NCBI GenBank assembly: GCA_030324005.1
Contig: JARDVH010000124.1
Span: forward strand, 20,669,243-20,732,745
DNA from: Negaprion brevirostris
Taxonomy: Eukaryota
Direction of reading: 5' to 3'
DNA length: 63,503 nt
The notes under the pieces are model-generated. The model was not told where the DNA came from and searched no databases. It saw nothing but the letters and a program-made list of their open reading frames with translations. This document shows, piece after piece, positions 1 through 10,285 of the stretch (positions are counted from its first letter, which is position 1; every line of letters starts with the position of its first letter). The translations under genes were made by a program, and so were the position numbers.

Positions 1-215
1 CCCCTGACACTAAAGGGAAATTTAGCATGGCCAAACAAACTAACCTGCATGGAGTTTGCACATTCTTCCTGCATCTGCATGGATTTCTTCCAGGTGCTCT
101 GGTTTCCTCCTGCTGTCCAAAGATGTATGGATAAGGTAAATTAGACATGCTAAATTGCCCCTTAATGTCAGGGTTAATGTAAACCTACTTGTGACACTAA
201 TAAATAAACAAATAA
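1..215. mobile_element. Two inverted HE1/V-SINE fragments
   Basis: 1-49 is a minus-strand SINE body. 50-215 is a plus-strand V-domain plus the tail 'cctacttgtgacactaataaataaac'. Confidence 0.8.
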
Positions 216-1049
216 GAACTGCAAACTGCCCATACCAAGTAAAGACATTTTTTTAGGAGACTATGGAGACTTCAATACCAGAATTTCCCTGTCCCACCCA
301 CCATGGGAATTGTAGTGGGCAGGACACAGACCATACAAAGGTCCTTTGACCTCAGGCAGGACTTTCTGGTCTTAGGACAAGTGCGGCCAGAAAATCCCAC
401 CTTCCAGGATCTTTCCAGGCAAGTACTCATGAATCTGATGCCATTGACTCACTCTGGTCTTCGCTGGGTTTGGGGCAATTCCTCACTTACTTCCCATTCC
501 TCTGATTTTCTCATGTTCTGTGAATCATGCCCTCACTGACACTACTTGACTGCTCTGGGTGAAATGATCTGCTCTGGTGCCTAGTGGTGAAGTAGCAGAT
601 AACGCAAGAGTGGATCGGAAGGGATGGGTCAGGGCAGAAGAACACAGGGCAAGAGGTCTGTGCAGGAACTTACCTCCTTCTTGAGTCATTAACTGGGAGG
701 CCTCTGTTTCTCCATTTTCTTACCAGCTTTTGTTGTGGAGTTATTACATAATGTTTACAGTGTAGAAACAGGCCATTCAGCCTGAGTTGTTGATGCTAGT
801 ACTTGTGCTCCTCTCAAGTTATAAGAATAGCATATGAGATAGGGTTAGGATTAGGGTTAATTATCCCTTAATTATAAGGAAAGAACATTTATGTATCACC
901 TGCTCTAATTTCAGGACATTCAAAGTGCCTAACAGCCAACAAAGTAGCTTTTGGATCGTAACCACTGCTGTGGTGTTGGGAAAAGATTTTAAACTTTGGT
1001 TGTAGGTCCTTTGTGAATGGCAAAGTCACTATACCTGAAAAACCTTTAC

Positions 1050-1240
1050 TTAGAAATATAGAACAGCAAAGTACAGGCCCTTTGGCCCTCAATGTTGTGC
1101 CGAGCTTTNNNNNNNNNNNNNNNNNNNNNNNNNNNNNNNNNNNNNNNNNNNTGTGCTCCGTGTGCCTATCCAATAACCGCTTGAAAGTTCCTAAAGTGTC
1201 CGACTCCACTATCACAGCAGGCAGTGCATTCCACACTCCA
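1050..1240 (-). mobile_element. CR1/HER1-type LINE 3' fragment
   Basis: WNALPAVIVESDTLGTFKRLLDRH is a typical CR1 ORF2 C-terminus, followed by 3'UTR. Confidence 0.85.
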
Positions 1241-1334
1241 ACTATTTCTTCACTTGCTCACAGGTCTCCGTATTTCCAACGTTTGCAGTTATGTCTTTGT
1301 GTCTGCAAGCAGAGTACTTTATAAGAGCAACTAC

Positions 1335-1778
1335 ACCATGATTTGTCATACGAGGAGAGACTAAGTCAGTTAAAATTATACTTACTGGAGTTTGGAAGAG
1401 GGGTTCTCATAGAAACATTTAAATAACAGTGTTAGACAGGACAGATTCAGAAAGAATGTTCCCAATGATGGGAGTCCAGACTAGTGGTCATAGTTTGAAG
1501 ATAAAGGGTAAAGTTTTAGAACTGAGATGGGGAGAAATTTCTTCACCCAGAGGGTGGTGAATGTATGGAATTCACTACTACAGAATGTGGTTGAGGCCAA
1601 AATGTTGTGTGATTTCAAGAAGAAATTAGATATAGGTCTTGGGACTAAAGGGATCAAGGGATATGGCGGGAAGGGAGGGATCAGGATATTGAATTCCATG
1701 ATCAGTCATGATCAAGATAAATGGCAGAGGAAGTTTGAAGGGCCAGAAAGCCTACTCCAGCTTCTAGCTTCTATGTGG
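1335..1778 (+). mobile_element. CR1 LINE 3' fragment
   Basis: YEERL...RNFFTQRVVNVWNSL...DFKKKLD, ending in a TTCTATG tail. Confidence 0.9.
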
Positions 1779-2096
1779 TTACTACATGCTCAGTGTTCCA
1801 AGTGGATTTGTTTAAAAATAAATCTATCTTTTATGGATGGCGAAGTGGGATTGTGGTTTCCAGGGTTTAATATTTTTTAAAAAACACATCTACAGTATAT
1901 GAAAATACACAATGAACATAGTTGTATGCACCACAGGAGGCTAACAGAATTGCAAACAGTTTTTACTGCCATCTAGTGAACATTTCAGATGAAAACTTCA
2001 AACATGTATACATTCAAAATAAATTTTGCAGTATTATATTTGTCAGATGACTTTGTAGACTTCATTTAAATTGATTAGTATGATCAAGTATATGTG

Positions 2097-2402
2097 GGCA
2101 GCACAGTGGCACAGTGGTTAGCATTGCTGCCCATAGGTCCAGGGACCCGGGTTCAATTCCTGGCTTGGGTCACTGTCTGTGTGGAGTCTGCACATTCTCC
2201 ACGTGTCTGCGTGGGTTTCTTCCCGATGCTCTGGTTTCCTGCCACATTCCGAAAGACATGCAGCTTAGTTGCATTGGCAATGCTAAATTCTCCCTCAGTG
2301 TACCCGAACAGACACCAGAGTGTGGCGATGAGGAGATTTTCACAGTAACTTCATTGTAGCACTCATGTAAGCCTACTTGTGACCCCAATAAAATAAACTT
2401 AA
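2097..2402 (+). mobile_element. tRNA-derived HE1/V-SINE-type SINE
   Basis: A-box and B-box (GGTTCAATTCC), V-domain 'tgtggagtctgcacattctcc...gggtttc', tail 'cacagtaacttcattg...aataaataaactt'. Confidence 0.9.
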
Positions 2403-4229
2403 AAAATTAAACTCAAGAAAACTTAGAATTATCATCTCAAAAGTTCAAAATAGACCTGAGTAGTTGAAAAGTTATCTCTTACCAATTAACATATTGTTGA
2501 AATACCAACATTCACAATTTAATGAGTTAGGAATATTCACATGCACACAATGTGCACATTGCTAACACTGTTCATTCTAGTAGTCAAGCAAATGATTATT
2601 TATTGTAAACATAACGGAAATAAAACATAATTTTCAGTATAGTAAGCAAAACAATTATTTAACCATCCATTGCAGCAGGAAATAGTAGGGAAACAAATGA
2701 TATTGTGACAAATGAACCTTTCAGTATTTAAGATTAGATCAATTGTTCATTGCAGATGATAATTGTTATAACAGTCATGGGGTATCATCAATAGATCTTC
2801 CCATGGGCCTTGTAGAGTACAAGTGGAGGTTCACTCAATAAAGGAGGAGTAGCAGGAGTTTAAAATCAGCTGTCCCTACTCAGGCTGGCAATCAAAGGAC
2901 TCCTGGGCTTGACCTGTGCACTGTGGTTGTAGAGGTACTGCTTTATAAACTATATAAAAAGGGGGTGTTGGTGACAGACGACTGACCTCGATGAAATTAT
3001 TACATTTGACAATGAGGAGCAAAACAAATTCTTCTCTGCCCTTTGGACAAACTTCATTATCAAGACCTAATTCTCCAGTAAACAAAATACTTGTTTTTAG
3101 CAAAGTTGAAGCCTTTCTTGCAAGTCTCGAAGACTGGGCACAATACATTGAGCGCATGCATGATTACTTACTGAGCTAACAATATTGAGGGGGATGAGGA
3201 GCAGAAAATAGTCCTTTTGACAGCATGCGGGGTCTTGACACTCAGTGCAATACAAAGCGTGTCCTACCATATGTCCCTGACTCACAAACCTGTAATGAAT
3301 TGGTCGACTTGGTCAAAGGCTACTCTGACCCAAAGCCTTCTATAATACTCCAGTAAACTCCTGGGGAATCTGCCACTGAATCTCTAACTAAGTATGAAAA
3401 TTGGCAGAGCACTGAGAGTTCGGGCCAATTTGAATCTAAAGATGGTCATGCTGTATCATTGGAGAATGCAGAGATAGGAGCTCAGGTACGTCAGGGGAGT
3501 TCAGAAAGCAGTGTCTCCGATTAGGGAGAGGGGCCTCATGCAATGTCCATCCCCCAGCTGACAGCGATTGTGTTAGTAAAATATCAGAGAATCCCTTACA
3601 TCAATGGAGCACAAGTCACATTAGCAAGCAGTCAAGGAAAGGTAGGGGCAGCCTTCAGACTCCTAGGGAGCATATTTTAAAAGGTTGTAGATGCCAGATG
3701 GTGGACTGTGCAAATATTGCAAAGGACACAACCAAGACAAAAATCTAGGATAGTTAAAACCTGTGCGATCTCGAAAATGGTCAAGGTTGATGCCAGACCA
3801 GAAGTTGCAGGTATGTCCACTACCAGGAACATGGATAAGCCACATCTCCAAATGAAGGTTGCCCCCGTAATGGTGGAGTTGTTAGTAAGTGGTCACTTGG
3901 TAAAATTGAAGTGGCTATGGGGCAGCGGTCTCTGTTACCAGGGAGCAGACCTATGATCACCTCTAGATAGTTATTTAGCTCCTGAGCTAAAAAGACACAA
4001 AGCCAGACCAGTTACCTATATGGAGGAACCACTGCAGGTACAGGCACCATGGTAACCTTAGTGACTCGACTTTCACTCATCATTGTATAGGGCAACGTCC
4101 AAAGCTGATGGGGAGATATTGGCTGCAAGCACATCAGGCTGAACTTGCTGGGGATATTCAGGCTGGGTGAAGGGGGGCTGTTTGAAGTCATCAGTGAGTG
4201 CCCAAAAGCTTTGAGGAAGGACTGGGAAG

Positions 4230-5845
4230 AATAAAGGGAGCCAAAGCTAAAATCTGCGTCAACCCAATGCTACACCAAAGTACTTTAGAGTGAGACCAGT
4301 TCCATACTCCCTATTGGAAAAAGTAGTCAGAACTGGAAAACCTGGAAAAACTGGGCAGAATAAAACCCATATAATTTGCAGAATGAGCTACACCTGTTGT
4401 TCTTGTCCTTAAGCCAGATAAGTCAGTTCAACTTTGTGGAGACTATAAGCTGACGTAAATTGGGTTTCTAAACCTGACTGATACTCCATGCCCTGAATTG
4501 AAGACCTGTATGCCGAGTTAACCGTCGGCCAAACATTCTCTAATTTGGACCTGAGCCATGCATATCTCCAACTTGAATTAACTGAGCTTTCCTGGAAGTA
4601 TGCCACAATTAACATGCACAAAGGCCTATAAGAGTACACTCACCTGCCATTCGGGGTCTCGGCTGCATGCACCATTTTCCAACGGGTCATGGGTAATATA
4701 TTTCAAGGGTTACCTCAGGTAGCGATATACACAGATGATGTCCTGGTCACAGGAACTTCAGGACATGAATACTTAGCAAAACTGTGTTTCCTGGAGATTG
4801 GGATACACCTGAAGAGGGAATAATGTGTCTTCCAAGCAAGTGCCGTGACCTGTTTAGGCTATAGGATGCATAGCAAGGGTCTTCATCTGATGGAGGACAA
4901 AATAAGGGCTATTAAGAAGGTGCCAACTCCAAAGAATACCACGGAATTGAAATCCTTCCTGGAGTTACTGAATTATCACGGAAAGTTTATTCCTAATGTG
5001 GCTTCCTTATTGGTCCCTTACATACCCTACTACAGAAACATCAGAGGTAGTTTTGGGGGAGGGGTGTGGAAAGGTGCTGCAGATGGAGCATTAAACAGCA
5101 GTTCTTGTCCTCTAATTTATTGGCCCATTTTAACCCGAAAAAGGATCTTACCATGACATGTGATGCCTCCCATAAAGACGTTGTAGCAGTAGTGGCACAC
5201 TGCTGGAAAGCTGGAAGACTATTGCATCTGCAACCAGGACCCTTTCGAATGCTGAAGGAAGGTATTCCAAAAATCAAGAAAGAGGAATTGGCTGTTGTCT
5301 TCAGCATTAAAATAGTCCATCCATACGCCTACGGTAGCTGCTTCATCGTTGTAAGTAATCATAAATCCTTCTTGGTACTTCTTAAAGAAGGCAAGGCAAT
5401 ATCCCCCTATTGCCTTCACTCAGATACATCAACGGGCCTTGTTACTGGTGACTTATGGATACTTTCTGGAGCATCACCCTGGGATCTGGATAGCTAATGC
5501 TGATGCACTGAGTAGTCTGTTGTTACCCACAAGCCCGGCTTCATTACCAGCTGTGGAAGAGGTCATGATGACCCTGAATTTTTTGGACACCTTTCCGGCA
5601 TCTGCAAGGTAAGTCAAGCGTTGGATGTAAAAGGACCCAGTCCTGTCTAAATTAAAAAAGAATCATCCTCTGATTGTCCTGAGTAGTTGTCCCTCGTCCA
5701 GGGTGATGCCCAATACTTATGGAATTACACCATGGCCACCTTGAGATTTCAAAAATCTCAATTAGGAACTACATGTGGAGGCCCAGCCTCAACGCACACA
5801 TGACTAACTTGATCAGAGAGTGTGTTTCATGCCAGGTGAATCAAN
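4230..5845 (+). pseudogene. Gypsy pol remnant (RT, RNase H, start of integrase)
   Basis: Recognisable motifs occur in RT-RH-INT order across broken frames (ORFs 4845..5156, 5066..5497, 5719..). The integrase core falls in the N gap. Confidence 0.9.
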
Positions 5846-7096
5846 NNNNNNNNNNNNNNNNNNNNNNNNNNNNNNNNNNNNNNNNNNNNNNNNNNNNNNN
5901 NNNNNNNNNNNNNNNNNNNNNNNNNNNNNNNNNNNNNNNNNNNNNNNNNNNNNNNNNNNNNNNNNNNNNNNNNNNNNNNNNNNNNNNNNNNNNNNNNNNN
6001 NNNNNNNNNNNNNNNNNNNNNNNNNNNNNNNNNNNNNNNNNNNNNNNNNNNNNNNNNNNNNNNNNNNNNNNNNNNNNNNNNNNNNNNNNNNNNNNNNNNN
6101 NNNNNNNNNNNNNNNNNNNNNNNNNNNNNNNNNNNNNNNNNNNNNNNNNNNNNNNNNNNNNNNNNNNNNNNNNNNNNNNNNNNNNNNNNNNNNNNNNNNN
6201 NNNNNNNNNNNNNNNNNNNNNNNNNNNNNNNNNNNNNNNNNNNNNNNNNNNNNNNNNNNNNNNNNNNNNNNNNNNNNNNNNNNNNNNNNNNNNNNNNNNN
6301 NNNNNNNNNNNNNNNNNNNNNNCATTAATGGGGCAGACGTCGGACAAGAATAAGCCTAGTGTTTCCAAACCTGGCAGGAAGGGTGAAGTCCCAACAAGAG
6401 AACCAGAAGAAAAACCATGATTCTGCAAGGACAGAAAGAATGTACAAATCCAGTGCGCCGGTCCACATGAGGTACTTGGGAGGTGGCCTCAACCTGGTTC
6501 CTGGGATCATAAAGGAAAAAACAGGGCCAGGTCTTATGAACTAAAACTGCAGGGCAAAGTTATGAGGAGGCACCTGGATTATCTCAGGAGTAGGGAGCCC
6601 TGCCAGCGTATGTCTCATTACCAGCCACAGAGATGACTAATGCCAACACTGAGCCAAAAGCAAGCCCTACACCTGTCCCTCTGGGTGATAAGTATCCAGA
6701 TTCCGAGATGAAAGTAGAAGAGACTGCCGCCCCAGCTGACGCAGGGTCACAGGAAGAACCTGCATCAGTATCATTAAGGTGCTCCCTTAGAAAGCAAAGA
6801 TTTCCAACTTGGTTCACATTCTCATATCCAGTTTCACCATCAACTGACTGGACGTCGAGCAGCAAGCAGAGTAAAAGGCCCTCTCACAGTGGGATGTTGA
6901 GTAAGAAACAGACTTGAGGGAAGGGATCTTATGACAGCTATGGGGAATGGTCATTAGATTCCCTGTGGACCTTGTGGTTATAAACTCCCCTATTAAACAA
7001 GTGGAGACTCGCCCAATAGAAAAGGAGCAATGGGAGTTTAAATTCAGCTCTGTCTATTCGGGTTGCCAGTCAAAGGACTCCAGGTTTGACCTATGT

Positions 7097-7135
7097 TCGC
7101 TTCTCAGCCTTTTGGCTAAGATCAAGTGTAGTATC
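7097..7135 (+). pseudogene. U2 snRNA 5' fragment (nt 2-40), head of an inserted element
   Basis: TCGCTTCTCAGCCTTTTGGCTAAGATCAAGTGTAGTATC matches the recalled U2 5' end at 38/39 positions (one G>A at a CpG). It includes the branch-point recognition sequence GTAGTA. The rest of U2 is absent. Confidence 0.93.
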
Positions 7136-7409
7136 GACATGCTGTGCTTGGTTGAAGTCATTAGGTTACATTTNNNNNNNNNNNNNNNNNNNNNNNNNNN
7201 NNNNNNNNNNNNNNNNNNNNNNNNNNNNNNNCAAATGAGATCAAGCTTTGGAGGAGGAGTTATGTCTACTCCAATCAGCGTGGATCATGTAGATCAAGCC
7301 CCAGACTGGAGGTGAGAGCCGTCTTGTCAGCTTGGATCAGGAATGTCTCAACTTGTTGAGACTCTGAATTGGACTTGATTGGATTGAATTGAAACAAAAA
7401 CAAAAAAAA
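7097..7409 (+). mobile_element. U2-snRNA-headed short retroposon (SINEU-like or Keno/Tx1-derived) inserted in the Gypsy 3' LTR
   Basis: Absent from the 5' LTR, and LTR homology resumes at ~7410. It has a U2 head, a repetitive body, short TTG(A/G)A repeats and an A-rich tail AAACAAAAACAAAAAAAA. Confidence 0.75.
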
Positions 7410-8054
7410 CTGTAGCCTCAGGAGTGTGCTTTATTCACGATATAAATACAAGGCGCTGGTGACAGATTCTGGCCTCAGTGAGATTATTACAATAATCTTT
7501 AGGCTGCAGCTATTCAGTCATAGGCAGCTCTCCATACTGTAGAGTCTGGGACCTGAATCATTCACAGCATTTTGATCTTGTAATTTGCAAATTAGCCTTC
7601 CTTTCTGTCGAGTTACATCAAAAGTGCAATTTCACTGAGGATTAAAACATTTTAGGATTCAACTTTAGTAGACTTTTTCAGAAAACACCAACAGAACTGT
7701 CTGGAATACCTTCCAGAAAAAATGCCTCTGACAAAAAGTACATCATGCATTCATGAAAATTCAATGGTTCATTTCAGCAGCACTCCTTTATTGGAAGAAT
7801 TTTACAAAATTACAGCCCAAATAGTCCAGTGTCCTCAAAGTGGTTTCACTTTCAACTGCCCTCCAAGGGCAACTAGAGATGGGCAATAAATGCTGGCCAG
7901 CCAGCGACGTCCATATCCCATGAACGAACACAAACAAAGTTGCTCAGTAGGTTTAACGTTAACTTTGTCTCTCCAGAACTTAACCAAAATTTACAAATTG
8001 TCTCAAGGTTTTCTTTGAGAAATTACCTCATCAAAATAATCTGATGCAAATAAC

Positions 8055-8157
8055 CCCCAGGTCTGATGAATGACTACGATCTGGAACGTTAACTCCTTTC
8101 TCTCTCTCACGGTTGACAGCTGCCCTGCTGAGTATTTCTAGAATTTCTCTTTTTATC
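8055..8157 (+). mobile_element. Penelope-like terminal-repeat remnant with degenerate hammerhead core
   Basis: CTGATGA(8063-8069)...GGAACGTTAAC followed by 'cctgctgagtatttc'. It is the reverse complement of the repeats at 16777, 18781 and 19136. Confidence 0.55.
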
Positions 8158-9279
8158 GCTAATATTGTCTACATTTTTTAACCTTCACTTTTAATTAAAA
8201 TCCCATCACTCCCAAAAAATTCAGTTACAAATGCTGCCTTATCTAATGATATATTTAACCTGTTGTTGAGTGTCATTCAGAAATAACAGATAATTAAAAT
8301 AGTTAACTTCATACCAGCTATGTTTCTAATATGTCCAGGAAATTGTCTGGCAGCAATGGACCAAAAGGATAGCAAATTCAGCAGTGCCACCAGAATGTTT
8401 CAGCTGACTGAATTGTCACTATAAAAATCTTCCACTCAGCCTCTCTTCAACACTTGGTAACCTCACGAAACGTCCACCAGTAACAGACAGTATACAATAT
8501 TTTTATCTGCCCAATTTCACATTTTCTTGCGCAAGTTTTCTTCCCGTGAAACAGCATGCTTTAAAACAAACTAAAATTTTATTTTGCATGAGACCGCTCT
8601 TACTTGTACATCTTCTAATGACACATACTTGTGATAATAGTTTTATCATGCACATCTTTCTCCAGCCTTGCTCTTGCTTTCACTCTGGCCCTCTGAGTTT
8701 CATCAGCATCAGCTCACAATCTCTGCCAATGGGATCATAATAACCTTGCATGAAACCCTTGGTAAGTTTACCTCTCCTTCAGTTTCCAATTACCATAAAT
8801 AGAGTGGGGGGAGAGCATCTATAGAGAAGCTGTCCAGAAACCAAGTAGACTTTGATTCAGTCCAGTTGGCCTCAACTTGAAGGCTGTAGATCTAGTTCCA
8901 AAGTACTTCCTGTCTTTATTTTGGAAAGGATAATGTCCGCCTGGACTAAAACAATGTAATTTACCAAACAAACCGAATGGAACTGAATCCAACTTTACTT
9001 CAGCAGTCCATCTTACATGCTGATTGATGGCTGAATCAGTAATTAATATATTTTTGCCCAGCTCCAGCACAGAAACAATACAACAGCGGATTAGCCTGGC
9101 TGCTTGCAATCTGGCCTCACAAATGGGAAATCTATATAGGCATTGTTTGTCATACTTAAAGTTTGAGGGTTTGTGATAATATATTTACTTGCTTTTATTG
9201 AAAATGTGAGAACAATATGTCCATGCCCTTCTAATAGAAGAAAACATTTCTGTATGCATTTCCTCAATGCGTACGGATA

Positions 9280-10285
9280 ATACGAAAATTGGTGAAGGAG
9301 TCGTGATGAGGATTGCAATATGCTGCAGAAAGTCACACACTGAAAGATGAAACAGGTAGAAACACAGCAGGTGGAGTTTGGTGCAAAAGATGATTAAAAT
9401 GGAAAGGCAGTGGTACACAATTAGTAGCATGATTTTGACAAATATGTAGATGGGCATAGAAAGTTTGGTATGCATATATGCAAAGGTGGTGGGCAAGTCG
9501 ATAAGGTAGTTAAGGTAGTTAAAAAAGGTTACTTGACTGTATAAACAGAGAAATGGAATGTAAAAGCAAAGAAACCATGTTAGAACTTCATTTAAAAAAA
9601 AAGCTGGAGTGCCCCAGCTGGCATATTCTGGACACGACACTTCAGGAAAGATGCAAAGACTTCAGAAAGGATATGAGGAGCATTATCAGGATGTTTCCAT
9701 GGATGAGGTATTTCAGTTATGAACAGAGATTAGAAAAGTTAGGGCAAATCTCCTTGGAGCAGAGAAGGTTAAACAATGACCTAATCAAAGTTGAGAATTT
9801 TTCATGGAGCAGAATACTAACTACAAAAGTTGACTTTTATTGACTTTTTCTCTGGATTTATATTTTGGAAAGTATAAAAAGATAATCTAGCACCAGAGCA
9901 TCTTAGTGGATTCCCCCACGAAAGGAGCGTGTGTGTGTAAACAGCATCCAGTTTGAGAGCTGAAGGCACTTGCATCTCTCAGCTTATGCTCATTTATAGA
10001 TGGTTGAGCTATGAGGAGAGGCTGAATAAACTAGGCTTGTACTCGTTAGAGTTTAGAAGAATGAGGGGAAATCTCATTGAGACATATAAGATGATGAATG
10101 GGATGGATAGGATAGAGGTGGAGAGGCTCTTCCCGCTCAGAAAGGACNNNNNNNNNNNNNNNNNNNNNNNNNNNNNNNNNNNNNNNNNNNNNNNNNNNNN
10201 NNNNNNNNNNNNNNNNNNNNNNNNNNNNNNNNNNNNNNNNNNNNNNNAGATGGCCTACTCCTGCTCCTATTTCTTATGGTCTTAT
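9280..10285 (+). mobile_element. Two CR1 LINE fragments (older ~9280-9800, younger ~9997-10285)
   Basis: SYEQRLEKLG...LEQRRL and LSYEERLNKLGLYSLEFRRMRGNLIETYK motifs. Confidence 0.85.

Larger units (their letters stand above)
2764..7491 (+). mobile_element. Decayed full-length Ty3/Gypsy LTR retrotransposon
   Basis: 5' LTR 2764-3004 (TGTTAT...ATTACA) and 3' LTR 6927-7491 (interrupted). ATAAT is duplicated at 2759-2763 and 7492-7496, and a PPT GAGGGAAGGGA lies at 6916-6926. RT motifs are LCGDYK, FSNLDLSHAYLQL, LPFGVSAA and IYTDDVLV. RNase H has TCDAS, and the integrase H-H-C-C remnant is LHHGH...CVSC. Many stops and frameshifts are present. Confidence 0.93.

Noticed and set aside
840-859. Interstitial telomeric repeat (TAGGGTTAGGATTAGGGTTA)
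   Set aside because: Only about three imperfect units, too short to distinguish from chance or a microsatellite.
2097-2170. tRNA genes at SINE heads
   Set aside because: The A/B boxes run straight into the V-domain SINE body and no full cloverleaf is present.
5719-6428. Long ORFs spanning N runs
   Set aside because: Artefacts of translating Ns. Only the flanks are real and belong to the Gypsy integrase remnant.
7097-7135. Functional U2 snRNA gene
   Set aside because: Only nt 2-40 are present. There is no Sm site, 3' stem-loops, PSE or 3' box, and it sits inside an LTR.
8819-9109. 96-aa minus-strand ORF as a novel gene or TRUB1 exon
   Set aside because: No recognisable homology, no ATG start and no convincing splice sites.
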